From NCBI GenBank assembly GCA_001179505.1, contig CDMY01000627.1, positions 1 to 40,256 of the forward strand: a DNA stretch of 40,256 nt, given 5' to 3'. The position numbers were made by a program, and so were the translations under genes. Below, in pieces: positions 1-12,699 of the stretch. Within the stretch, counting starts at the first letter, position 1, and every line of letters begins with the position of its first letter. Below the pieces are notes generated by a model. That model saw only the letters and a list, made by a program, of their open reading frames with translations. It did not search any database and was not told where the DNA came from. This DNA comes from Vitrella brassicaformis CCMP3155. Taxonomy: Eukaryota > Protista > Chromerida.

Positions 1-1875
1 CGCGTCACGTGAGCACACACACGCATCCATCCATCCATCCATGTGCACATCCGTCACCCAACCAAGGAAGAGAAAACATTGCTGCGTGTGGAGTCCATTG
101 TGCACACGCACCTCCCTCTTGTGTGCATGTCACGGCCATCGGCAATCTCAAAACGACAAAGACGTTCATGTGCTGTCACTCTGAGATCACCAAAGACAAT
201 CACACACACAGCAGAGGGGAAGACACAAGAAGGAGAGCAAACGCGACATACCTGTGTATGTGTGGGTGTGTGTGTGGTTGCTGGCCTGTTCGCCTGTCTG
301 TCTGTGCGGCGGCCGAGTGTGACGTGTACATCAACGAGAGATAAGGCCACTCTCGAGAGCAGACGTCACACCCCCTAACCTCACAGACAGCAAGCGGAAC
401 AGCACAGGCAACGTGACGACGCACACAGCAAGTGAGTGACACGACAGACCGAACAAACACGCAGTTCTCCACATGCAGCCAGCCATGCATTCACGGGACA
501 GAGAAAGCGACTCAGGTCAGTCAGCAGTAGGCAGTCGACGCATCGGCCGATCTGACTTCCATGTGTACGAACAGCAGCGTCAGTCAGACTCGCTGCGTGG
601 CGACGGCAGCCGACGGCGAGTGGGGTGAGTGTTGACGCGCTTGCGAAGCCGGAGGGTCTTGGGAAATGCGCATCAGTCACTCGCCCCGCCACCGTCCGCA
701 TGCACACCTGCGTTCACCAGCCGCGCAGAAACGGTAAGATCACATGAGATGTGCATCTCCTCTGTGCGCGCACCTCATCGACGAGGGGTGTGGCTTCCGA
801 GAAGAGAGTCCCGGCCTTCCGAGTCCGTCAAACCGCCCGCATTTCTGAGCTTGCAAAGATTTCAGAGACAACTCGTGTGGGTTGGCCCCCCGGCGACTCT
901 CTCTGTCCTCATCAGGTCCTCATTCCCTTGGGCAGAAGCACGAGACGACTGCGGTGATCAGAAACCACCCGGTCACAGACCATTCCTGTCAAGGAGTGGG
1001 CTGCCGATGAAAGTACGCGAGTGCGACTAATCGGATGGAGAGTGCGGGAGCTGGTGAAGTGGTCCGTTCGCCAGCGACTTCCTCACTATAAACGAAGCCC
1101 AGGACCTGCACCGCCACCCGACACGTGGTGGCCTCCCCGCTGCCAGCCCTTCCTCCCTCTCTCGGTCAGCTACACCGCACCAACACTGTAAGTATGCACA
1201 GCCGCTGGCGACACATGCCCGATGCACGAGGAGACCAAACGTGCCGGGAGAGACATGTGCTTTGTTGTGTGTGTGCCATGTGTGTGTGTCGAATGGTCAT
1301 GCAGACTGCCCGTAAGTCGACAACCGCCCGCGGCATTAAGCAGCTCAGCTCAGCTGGGGTCCGTCCGTACGCCCGCGACCATTGAGATGGGCAAAGGAGA
1401 GAGAGAGGAAGGGGATGTCTGTGTGTCGCTGAGCCGCTCCCTGGTGAGTCTCGCGACCGACCCAGCTATCCAATCAGCCAACAGCCGACCAACACAACAC
1501 AAGAACCAGGACCACTCTACCTGGTGCCACTGGGCACCACCCCGTGACCTCGCCAATGCGATCCATTAGTGCACTGAATGTGTGCCGTTCGTGTGACGTG
1601 CCCTTCTTGGTCATCATGCGCCCGTGTGTGTGTGTCGATGTGTGTGTGCGTGTCAGGTCGCCACTGAGGTGTCTGTCAGGCCGCTGCACAGAGTAGAGAG
1701 CCAGGGCCACCCACATTGCCATGCGTGTGCACGCCCATACTTGCTGTCGTCATGAGTCACATGACCAGCGATGTGATGGATACATGGATGGATGTGTGTT
1801 TGTGTGCGTGTTTGTGCGTATGAGGGGGCGGGGAGTTGCAGTCGACATGGCTTCAATCAAAACTTGCCCGCCTTG
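1..1875 (+). repeat. Left copy of a large inverted segmental duplication (partner about 16712-19175); micro-exon-like repeat, may extend left of the window
   Basis: Position 1 (cgcgtcacgtgagcacacacacgcatcc) is the reverse complement of sequence ending at 19175. Colinear near-identity with indels: 1-824 vs 19175-18362, about 845-1875 vs about 17795-16712. Confidence 0.95.
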
Positions 1876-2415
1876 CATGATTCAGCCACCGTTCAAGCCC
1901 CATAGAATCGCCCACATGCGGTGCGTCCTTTCACCATTCGTCCATGTGCTCAGTAATGCGTGTGTGTGTAGATTAGATGTGTGTGCAGTGAATAGCCATC
2001 TTCCTATCATCTGCCGACACGCACGCTTGATCAATCTGTCTGTCTGCACAAGAGGGATCTGACATCCATCCATCCATCAGCATCCACACACACTCACACA
2101 GACGAACAAACGAATTAGCCCATTAGCACTTCACGTGACCACTACAGCCACAGGCTTAACCATCGAATGAATTACACTCCCTGTACACCACACACAGACA
2201 GTCAGATAGTCAGCTGACTGACAAATAAATAAGACGGACGCTTCCGCAGGTCTTATTATCATCTGCGGGACACCGGGGGGGCTCACATGCAACGCATGAC
2301 AGACACCATGATCGCATCCACAATCGACCGCACCGCATGTGGCTGCTATGCGGGGAAGGTGGGAGAGGGAGAGGGAGGGAGGGAGGGAGGGAGGGAGCAG
2401 CCAAGTCACGTCACG

Positions 2416-5400
2416 TCAGTAGAATTGGGAGTACATCTGAGGCAGGCCACACACGGAGGAGAACGAATGGTATGCCGCTGACCGTGTGTGTGCCCGACTG
2501 ACTCGTCCAAGTACTTACCTGGTACATGAGGTCCTTCTTGACGTAACTGCACACACAGACATCAAGACAACGAATGTGTGTCTGCGTGACGTGATGATGG
2601 CTGTGGCTTACTGATAAGTGATGACCGGGTTCTTGCGCCTCTTGAGCCATCTACACGCACATACACACACACACACATTCACTCATGTGAGTCGATATCT
2701 GCCTGTGCTGCCACATACTCGAATTCGGAGTAATTGCCCTGTTTCCATGATGGCGGCATGCCCGAAAAGCCCCTAATCGACTGCATCTTGTGCGCTGCAC
2801 ATACACACACGACATCGACATGAACGAACGGACGGACGAACGAAGGCGCATAAGCATTTATATGTGTGTGTGTCCGTGTGTGTGTGTGCTGTTTGTGCGC
2901 GTGTGTATGATCATCGGTCGGTATACCTACCGATGTGCTTCTCGATGCATGCGCCCGTATAGACGTCCTCTGGCTTCCCCCAGTACTCTGCACCTTTCCA
3001 GAACTCATCATCCTTCGGGTCAACTGACATAGTCGGTCGTCACAAGAGTGGTTGATTCGTGCGTGTGTGTGTTGCACCAGCTGTCACACATGGCCTAGCC
3101 TACTCACCGAGGAAGCAATTTTCCCATCGCGTGCTGCCGCGCTGGCCGTCTGACGGCTTCTGACACATGGCCTTCATCAGCCCCCTAGACAGGACGTAGC
3201 CAGCCCCGCCGCTCGCGTAGCCCTGCTTCTTGTAGACCATATACTGACCCAAGTAGTGAGGCTGCACAGCACAGCAGACACAGATGACAGACACACCAGA
3301 CAGACAGACAGAGAGACACACAACAGGCATCCGCACCAGTGCATGACTCCTTGCCTCCCTATCAACAAATGACTACCTACCTGTTCTGGGTCGAATTTCT
3401 TGAGGGCGTTGGCGAGGTTGTAAGTGACCAGGAAGAGGTCGTCGTCGACCTTCATGAACCACTCGTACACACTCGCCATGTCCTTCTCGCACAAAAACAT
3501 GTACGACTTGAGCACCTTCTTGTACAACACCTTTAGGTCAACACACACACGCACACACACACACATGCGTCTACTGTGTCTACTCAGCCATCTTTCTCTC
3601 TCTCCCTCCCTGTGTGTGTGTGTGTGTTGCATTGCGCACCTTATAGCCATCAATGTCAGCACCCAATTCCTCTGTCTGCCCACACAGAGGAATGGTTGCA
3701 GCACGTCCATCCATTCATGTGTGTATGTATCGACGCCCACCTGGGCGAGTTTGGTGACTTCATCTCTTTGTCTCTTCTCCTCTATGTCTTTTGCCGGCGG
3801 CAAAGTGCCGACAAATGTCAGCAAATTGGCCAGGTGACGCCCCCATGTCCTATGGACACACACAGAGACACATAAACAGAGAGAGGGATGGACTCGTGTA
3901 CGTGTGTCTGGCTGGTGTCACGGTGAATGTGAATGTGAGTGTGGACGTGCGGCTACCTGAAGATGCGTTCCCTTTTCTCCAGGAAGGCCTTCTGGTGGGT
4001 GTGGAGGATAACCAGTGCCTTATCCAAGTCATGATCAACCCACACAGACCCGTTCTTCCTCATGTCCCTGAAGTGCACTTCCAGCCCTCGCCATGAGGTC
4101 ATGTTGCCCGTGTCTGGCGTGACAGCCAGGCCATCGAGCAGTATCTCCCTCAGTGTTGACACGTCCTGCTGCTGGCTGGCGTGGGCGAGGACCTTCTTGG
4201 CCAATAATGACGAGGCATCGGACAGCTGCACACACGAGAGAATGCACGACACGACACACGCAAACAAAAAGACAGTGAGAGGAGAGAGCTGGGTGGTGGG
4301 CTGGAGGTGTCTACTGTACTGTAGGTACCTTACCTTCTTGTCACCACCGGTTCCCTTGTCGCCTCTCAGGTTGCCCCTTCCCTCCAGGTCAACCACACCT
4401 ACACACACACGGACACGGGCATGTGGTGTGGACGTACGTATGTGTGTTTGCGGTGGACCCGTGAGTGATTGATGCATTTACCCAGTGTCTCGACGAGCAG
4501 CCTCTCCAACAACTCAGTGACGGCACGCAGCGATGACAGCTGCACACAGACAGACAGACAGACAGATAGAGAGGCGCGTGTGATGGTTGGTCAAGAGAGG
4601 AGTGTGTGATGCACACATGACATGCGCACCTCTGCCTCTGTCTTGACGCGTTGTGCGGTTTTGTCAAACAGCAGCTTCTTGGCGTCCTCCAGCTGCAGTG
4701 CCACCGTTCTCAACGACATGCTCATCTACACAATCACAATCACAATCTTACACATACACACAAGCATCCACCCTCCCTCCCATGCCCTGCGCAGGCTACA
4801 GAACAAACTCCAGTATGTATCTGTGTGTCTGTGGCACCTTCTCCATCTCCTCTTTGGTGTTCTTGGCTCCTGCTCCTGCTGCTGCTGCTGCTGGTGGTGG
4901 GTTGGCCAGTGCTGCTGAGGACGAGTCTGCTGGCGCGGCGCCAGACAGTATCGAGCCATACCTACACACACACAGAGAGAGAGAGAAGAAGATTCAGCTA
5001 GATAGGATGGACCATCAATCGCGTCCGCATCAGTGTGTCTGGCGAGTAGGTGGCTGACCGTGCGAGGATGTCTGTGAGGTTTTTCCTCTCCAGCTCGAGG
5101 GACTGCTGCGATGCCTGCAGCGCCTGACGCTGTAATGACAGCTCCTGAACACACACGCGCGCACAGACAGAGAGAGCATATGAGGGGTCTGATCTCTGTA
5201 TGTCTGTGCACAGCAGAGATGTGTGTGTGTGTGTGTGTGTAGCTTCTTTCCTGGTGCAGGGCGCTGATGTTTGAGAGCAGCATGCCTTCCCTGTGGCTGC
5301 TGTCTATGTCGCCATCCAGGGAGTCATATAACGACACACCACCAACACCGCCATCCACAAGACCTGTGAGTCAGTGGGGGATTGTTCGACCGACACGCAC

Positions 5401-5782
5401 CAACACACACAAACACACACACACACACACACACACGGGCGTTGACTGCTGTCCACTGCGCGACGCGATGTGTGTGTACCTCTGGAAGGCTGGTACAGGA
5501 GTATCCTGACTGCAATGCAGAGAGCAAAGGCAGAGAGAGAGAGAGAGAGAGAGTTTGGTCAAGAAGATGCTTGCTAGTTGAGTGGAGTGGGGTATTGCGA
5601 TTCATTCTCTCACTCACTCCACGTCAGGATTCCAAAGACGGAGAAAGCAGTTATCAACACATTCCTGGGAAAGGAACACACACACACGTGTCAGGTCAGG
5701 TCAAACAGCACAGCGAAGCTGCAGTTTGTGCGTGTTGCCGATAGGTGTGCCCCCACGTGTGTGTGTACCTAAATGACAGCAT
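2416..5782 (-). CDS. C1GALT1: Core-1 beta-1,3-galactosyltransferase (C1GALT1/T-synthase-like, GT31), multi-exon type II membrane protein
   Basis: Spliced translation: MLSFR|NVLITAFSVFGILTWIRILLYQ (signal anchor), coiled-coil stem, then TWGRHLA, YEWFMKVDDDLF (DxD), QGYASGGAGYVLSR, EDVYTGACI and NPVITYHYVKKDLMYQ|MYSQFY*. These match the C1GALT1 motifs WFLKADDD, GYMSGGAGYVLS, EDLALGRCM and VSFHYV. ATG 5782-5780, TGA 2418-2416. Confidence 0.88.
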
Positions 5783-6182
5783 TTGCCCCGCTTCTGAACA
5801 CACAACCAAACATCATTGTCAAGACAAGATGGTGACGAACGAACGAACGGAACGATAAACACAGTACTGATCACTCACTCTCTTTGTCTTTGCCTGTGCT
5901 GTCGCTGCTGCCGCTGCCGCTGCCGCTGCTCTGTTCCTTCGGCTCTGGGCGATTGACGTGGACGAACGGTGCAAGCAGCGGGGAGGGCGCGTTTCGCATC
6001 GCCGCCCATACACACAGATCTGATCTATCCGCAGACCCGCTGTCAACAAACAGCTACAATGGGGCCAGCAATACGCGAGAGTGTTGGAGAAGCTTCTTCT
6101 CCTCTTTGCTCCCGTCGTTGCGTCTGCGAGCTTAGCTGAGCTGCGAGCTACCCTCTGTGTGCGCCATCTTTTTCACTGCAAT

Positions 6183-8341
6183 ATGGCGCACACAGAGGGT
6201 AAGGCGATGCACACACGAGTGCTCCAGTGCTTGATGGTCTTGCTGGTCTGGTTGCTGTTCATTCATTCGCTGGTGTGCTCCAGATGGGGTCCTCGTGCAG
6301 CTCGATGGCGTTATGGACGAGAGCGAGCTGCCCAGCGAGCTGATCTTCACCGAGCTGACTGAGGTACTCACACACACACACACACATCTCTGGTGCATGA
6401 GTGAGTGTGATGGACGTATGTGCCGCAGATATCTCAGCTACTGCAGCAGAAGTCCCTACAGCTCAAAGAACAGGCAGGCACCAACACACTGATGCACACA
6501 ACTGCACTGCATGGCCATCTCCCCTTCCGAGTGTGTGTGTGTGTGTGCGCGCGTGTGCGCAGGAGAGGGCTTTACACGGGCGTGAATTGTCATTGTTAGA
6601 GCAGCGGCTGACCTTCGAGGCCGAGCTGAGGGACTGCGCTCAAAACTTGCTTAACCAACATGCGGAGCGCATTCACAGGTACGTCACACATCAATCCATC
6701 ATTTCAACACACACAGGGCTTGACCATTTTTGTGATGGCAGTCACTTCCTGTCGGCTCAGCGTCGGCTGCAGCAGCTGGTGCAGCGAGCGGAGGACACTT
6801 GCAGATCCCTGCACACCAAAATGGCCAAAGCCAGAGATACCAACGCACGGATGGTATCTATCGACCTATGGACGGATGGATTGAGGCACTCACGGACAGA
6901 ATGATGGACACCACACATGTGTGTTGGTGTGGATGGACTGGATGTGTGCATCACCTCAGCGGCAGCAGGAGGAGACCATCAACAGCCTCACCGACACTCT
7001 CAGACGCGAACGAAGCAGATGTATGTTGTGAACGCGCACACGCATAACCAACACACACATACGGGTCGGCATGTATGTCATCTTGTGTGTGCGCAGATCG
7101 GTCTCTGCAGCAGAGGTACCAGCAGCTTCAGCTTCAGCAACAACAGCCACAGCACACCGCAGCCCCAGCAACAACAGCCACCAAGCCACCACCCCCTCTN
7201 NNNNNNNNNNNNNNNNNNNNNNNNNNNNNNNNNNNNNNNNNNNNNNNNNNNNNNNNNNNNNNNNNNNNNNNNNNNNNNNNNNNNNNNNNNNNNNNNNNNN
7301 NNNNNNNNNNNNNNNNNNNNNNNNNNNNNNNNNNNNNNNNNNNNNNNNNNNNNNNNNNNNNNNNNNNNNNNNNNNNNNNNNNNNNNNNNNNNNNNNNNNN
7401 NNNNNNNNNNNNNNNNNNNNNNNNNNNNNNNNNNNNNNNNNNNNNNNNNNNNNNNNNNNNNNNNNNNNNNNNNNNNNNNNNNNNNNNNNNNNNNNNNNNG
7501 CCCCACCACAGTATGCTCATCATGACGCATCCATCACATCAGCGGCAGCATCGGCAGCGTCAGACGTGGTGCCCCTGCTCTCAACCATTCACCACACACG
7601 AAGAGACCACCACCACCACCACCAGCAGCAGCCGCAGAAGCCGGCACACGAGCCACCGGCAGCAGCAAGAAACGAGAAGAGGACAATGCAGCAACACCAT
7701 TGTAGTGGTGTCGTTGAGGTGTCTCCGAGACACCACAGGGCGGCACACGAGCAGCAGCCACCGACACAGCAGCAGCAGAGAGAGGATGGTGATGGGAGCC
7801 TTAGCATCACTAAGGACGGTGCTTTGTTACAGAGGATAGAGGCGTGGCAGACCGCTTGGCAGCTGGCTGCACAGGGGGAGGTCACCGTGGACACGTCAGA
7901 AGAGGTGAGTGGTGGTGGTCGGCCTGCTGCTGTTGGTGATGTTGTTGATAGTGATAATAGGCTCCCCTTCGCTGCCCCTTCCTCTCTGTCTCTCTCTGTG
8001 CCCTCCCTGTCAAAGCCAGCCCCTGCACCACCCTCTGCTGCTGCTAATGTCGACCATGGCAACCACCAGCAGCAGCCACGTAAGGACGCGCACATCCCTC
8101 TCTCTCTCTCTGTGCGTTTGCCCTATGTGCATTGATCTCTCTCTTTTTGTGTGTGTGGTCAGCCGCCCCCACCGGCAGCAGCAATGAGACAGACTGGAGT
8201 GCGATGGAGGCGAGGCTGCGTGACGTGTGTGCGCGGCTCAAGAGACACAGGCTCACCTCTGCTAGTGGACACAGGGCAGGGGCAGCCGGGGCGGCTGGGG
8301 GGGAGGTGGTGACCCTTGGGATGATGGCCAAACCTAGATAG
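6183..8341 (+). CDS. Hypothetical protein: N-terminal coiled coil followed by Q/H/P-rich low-complexity region (spans a gap)
   Basis: Phase-consistent exons: MAHTE|DGVLVQLDG...ELTE|ISQLLQQKSLQLKEQ|ERALHGRELSLLEQRL...|...AQRRLQQLVQRAEDT...|RQQEETINSL...|YRSLQQRYQQLQ...(gap)...QQQP|PAPTGSSNE...MMAKPR*. No family recognised. Confidence 0.7.
7200..7499. other. Assembly gap (300 N) inside a coding exon
   Basis: Run of exactly 300 N. Confidence 1.
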
Positions 8342-9082
8342 CGACCTGCCTGCCTGCCTATCGTTTGTTCAGCTTTTGTGTTGCCTTGCTGATGCGTGTG
8401 GTGCCGTGTTGTTGCCGTTGCTGCGAAGGGAAAAGGTAATCTCACATCCCAGCCATTTGCAGATGGGTGGGCTGTCCGCTTGCCTGTCCCCGTCGCAGCA
8501 ACGACACCACACACATACAAATGCTGCCTTTCGGTGTATACGGCGGCAATACTGGTGGGTATGTATCTATCTCTGTGTGTGTGTGTGTGTGCGTGTGTGT
8601 GGGTCAGTGGCTGCTGCCATTGTGGTGGGTGGGGTGGCGAGGGCCATCTGTTCCACGTCGACAGATAGCCAGCCGTGGCCTCGTCCTCCGTGATGTTGGC
8701 AACCACACCACACCACACCACGACCATCAAGAGAGAGAGAATGGCTGTATTGTCGATAGAAGGACATCTTTCCATTCTTCTGGTGATGGTGTGTGTAAGT
8801 GGTGTCATGTATGTGTTCGTGCTGTTGCTGATGTCTCCGACAGCACGGACGCATGCATCTGCCTCGTCGCAGCAGATGGGAATGTCTCCTTACCGCTGGG
8901 GATCACAGCAACAACACAACACACACGACATTGGCGTGTTACTTGATGGCCATACGCTTTACAGACCTTCATCCACACACACAAAGTGCGATCCATCCAT
9001 CCATCCGACAATCAAAACACTGACTGTATTTCCTATACGGCGGCCCTTGCACACACACACACACACACACACGTGTCAGTAG

Positions 9083-10661
9083 CTAGAGCACAGCCTGGTG
9101 TGACGATGGCTGTGTCTTCCTCAACAAGCTGGGCGGCCGGGGTGGGTGCTCCCTCTCCCTCTCCCTCTCCCTCTCAACAACACCTTCTTCTCCTGCACTA
9201 CCTGCACTGCTGCCATTGGTCTGCAGCAGCATGGAGGCGTTAGCAGCAGGAGGCTCCTGAAGACACACACGTCCATCCATCCATCCATCCATGCGCACGC
9301 ACGCACAAACGCATTGGTTTGTGTCAGGCTTATATGGGTGGGGGCGTACGTCGTCTAGCGATATCAGTAGTGTTTTTGGGTTTGGGTTGTCGGGGTGGTT
9401 GGCCAGGGCGAACCCCACAGACAGAGAGTCGCGGTCATACACCTGCACACACACACACACACAGAGGGAGAGAAAGAGGGGGGGGGGGGGGNNNNNNNNN
9501 NNNNNNNNNNNNNNNNNNNNNNNNNNNNNNNNNNNNNNNNNNNNNNNNNNNNNNNNNNNNNNNNNNNNNNNNNNNNNNNNNNNNNNNNNNNNNNNNNNNN
9601 NNNNNNNNNNNNNNNNNNNNNNNNNNNNNNNNNNNNNNNNNNNNNNNNNNNNNNNNNNNNNNNNNNNNNNNNNNNNNNNNNNNNNNNNNNNNNNNNNNNN
9701 NNNNNNNNNNNNNNNNNNNNNNNNNNNNNNNNNNNNNNNNNNNNNNNNNNNNNNNNNNNNNNNNNNNNNNNNNNNNNNNNNNNNNNNNNNNGGGGGGGGG
9801 GGGGAGACACACTCGCCCCTTTTTAAGCCCCACTCTCTGTGTCCACCGAAGCGAATGGTGCCTGTCTGTCTGTACTGTGTAGTATTTGCGGAGGAATGGG
9901 TCTCCGAATATGAAGAGGGGGCCCTTTGGCGGGGGGATGTCCAAGGTCATCAACGCCACGCTGCAGCCGTCCTCACCCTACACAGACACAGACACAGACA
10001 CAGACACACACATCCATCCTTGAGTGCGTGTGTGTCGTTTGTGCATCGTGTGGATGTCTCTCTCTCTCTCCCCCTCCCTTTCTCTCTTTGTGTCTGTCTG
10101 TGTGTGTGTCGGCTGTGTGCACACTCACTTTGTCGACGTAGTCGTCAGGTCTCAAGTTGAGAATGTGGCCGCCCATTTTGAACCCCAAGTCGGGCAGCCT
10201 GACATCCATCCATCCACAGCACACAGCACACGGCCATATATGCGTGTGTGCTGACGTGTGGTAGTTGCTGCAGTCGGTGGCGACGTTGAGCGTCTCGACG
10301 AGCCGCTCAATGACGTCCATGGGGCCGGCCATCAGAGAGGTGCCGGTGTCTACTGCTACCTAAACATACATACACACACACACACACACAGACAGAGAGA
10401 GAGAGAGAGAGAGGGAGAGAGGGAGAGGGGGTCCAGAGGCAGAGGTAGGTAGGTACCTGGCATGTTCCGTTATTGCAAAGGTTCTGTGGCATGTTGTTGA
10501 TGCAGATGTCGTCCATGGCCACCTGCCAGTAGCCGGGGTTGGTCACCTTGACCCAAAACAGCTCGGACGCCATGCGCTCCGGCTTGTACTCGCCAAAGGT
10601 TATCTACACATACATAGATCACACACAGACAGACAGGTTTGTAGGCCCCCCTTGGTGTGCA

Positions 10662-10695
<34 letters not shown>

Positions 10696-11979
10696 TTGTC
10701 TTGGTCCATCCGACTTATCTTACTTCTGACTCCTCGTTATCAGTTGCGCCGAAGAAGACCGAGAAGACGTTGCTCTTCAAGACTTTGTCCTACAGATGGA
10801 TGGATGCAACGCATACATACCGACACACACGCCACACACACCCCTTAGGATGGGTGTGGGTCATCTTACTCGGATGAAGCAGTCGAACAGGTTGAATGAG
10901 GGCCCCTCAGACATCTGCGGCAGACTCAATCCGCATATCCTTCTCACACACACACGCACACACGTGCACCACAGGATGAGCACGCAGCCTCCCTCTCTGT
11001 GTGTTTCATACCCGTCGAAAGGCACGAGGCTGAATGGCTCGTCGCTCTCCTCCGTCGCAGCGATGAAGTTGGCATTGCAGCAGATTGTCCCCACACACAC
11101 ACTGCACACACACGGACCTGTGCTGTGCTCATGGCACCCACACACACACACATGTGTTGGCTTACGAGTCCTGCAGGAATACGCCGCTCATCTCGCCAGT
11201 GCCGAAGGTGATGGTCACCACATCTCGATCGTCACCCTACCCAGACACACACACACACACACACCCCAGCCACACACGCAGAGAGGGACCTTGGTTGACA
11301 CATGCACATACACACACACGCATGGCTGCCATGGCTGCGTACATACCGGTTTTTGGACTGCCTTCATGGGTTCGTCAGCGAAAGCGATGTCGACAGCGGA
11401 GGTCGAGATGGTGGTGTCGAACCGCTTGTGGGACGTGCAGGCCGCGTCAGTACACTGAATGAATGAAGCCATACATAAAATATTCTAGGAGGGAGGGATG
11501 CAATCAATCGGAGACAGACAGAAGCGCGTACCTACCTCTTTTGAGGGTATGAGCAGGTTGCCCGACCCCGTGTCAAACACACACAGGAAGTGTTGCGGCG
11601 GCGATCCAATGCTGATGCGGCCATAATACTCACTCTATAGCCACATCCGCCCCCCCCCCCCCAANNNNNNNNNNNNNNNNNNNNNNNNNNNNNNNNNNNN
11701 NNNNNNNNNNNNNNNNNNNNNNNNNNNNNNNNNNNNNNNNNNNNNNNNNNNNNNNNNNNNNNNNNNNNNNNNNNNNNNNNNNNNNNNNNNNNNNNNNNNN
11801 NNNNNNNNNNNNNNNNNNNNNNNNNNNNNNNNNNNNNNNNNNNNNNNNNNNNNNNNNNNNNNNNNNNNNNNNNNNNNNNNNNNNNNNNNNNNNNNNNNNN
11901 NNNNNNNNNNNNNNNNNNNNNNNNNNNNNNNNNNNNNNNNNNNNNNNNNNNNNNNNNNNNNNNNGCCCCCCCCCCCCAA

Positions 11980-12011
<32 letters not shown>

Positions 12012-12545
12012 GGAAACAATAAGAACGAATTCCCCTGAATCTCCCACACGTGGCTCACCGCATGGACAATTCTGCTGCCGGCCCGGCTGGCTAAGTGTCC
12101 ATGTCCGTGTCTGTGCTCCCTCGTGCCATCCCGTCCATGTGCATGTGCCTGATGCGCGTTATAGTAGTTGCGTGTGGCGGCAGTGGCGGCCCGCTGGTTG
12201 AAGGCCAGGCTCTGCCGATGCAGCCTTATGCTGTGAGAACCGCCACCCACACCAACACCTCTGCCGCTGCCCTGCAAACAGCGAAGCGATGGAACAATGG
12301 CAAGAAGAAAACACTATGGTGTCATTGTGCCATCCATCCATCCACCCATCCATCGTGATCACCTTTGTTGTGTCATGGTCAGCGGCAGCGGCAGCGGCAG
12401 CGGCAGCGGCAGCGGCAGCAGCAGCCAAGCCACCGGTGCAAGAGAGAGCAGCCAACACGCCAACCACAGCAAGGGAGAGGACCGTTGGTGCTGACGCTGA
12501 TCGTGGTGGCCATGGTCGCCATGGATATGGATGGTATGGGACCAT
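9083..12545 (-). CDS. Pepsin-family (A1) aspartic protease, cathepsin D/plasmepsin-like, with N-terminal hydrophobic segment
   Basis: Exons give [30 protein letters not shown] (first DTG), [10 protein letters not shown] (flap), [30 protein letters not shown] (second DTG), [13 protein letters not shown]|VYDRD and an EPPAAN...QAVL* tail. The N-terminus is MVPYH...[15 protein letters not shown] followed by poly-Ala. The start codon is inferred. Confidence 0.93.
9492..9791. other. Assembly gap (300 N) in an intron, flanked by G runs
   Basis: Exactly 300 N. The flanking exons join in phase (YYT|VYDRD). Confidence 1.
11665..11964. other. Assembly gap (300 N) in an intron, flanked by C runs
   Basis: Exactly 300 N. 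The flanking exons join in phase (IVHA|SEYYG). Confidence 1.
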
Positions 12546-12699
12546 TGAGCGGACGGCTGCAGAGGCAGATAGTTCTGCGGCGCCCTGCAATGAAGGGGAA
12601 CGTTGCTGCGATTTTGCGAGTCCTCTCGCGTAAAATCCCCGGAAAAAACCTTCCCTAAGCACTGGGTTGCCTCCCTGCCACAGCACAGCCGCCCTCACC
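12546..12699. promoter_or_regulatory. Compact bidirectional promoter region between the aspartic protease and RPS3
   Basis: Only 154 bp separate the two inferred, divergently oriented start codons. Confidence 0.6.

Noticed and set aside
8342-9082. Extra exons or a small gene between the convergent coiled-coil and protease genes
   Set aside because: Short low-complexity frames only, consistent with 3' UTRs.
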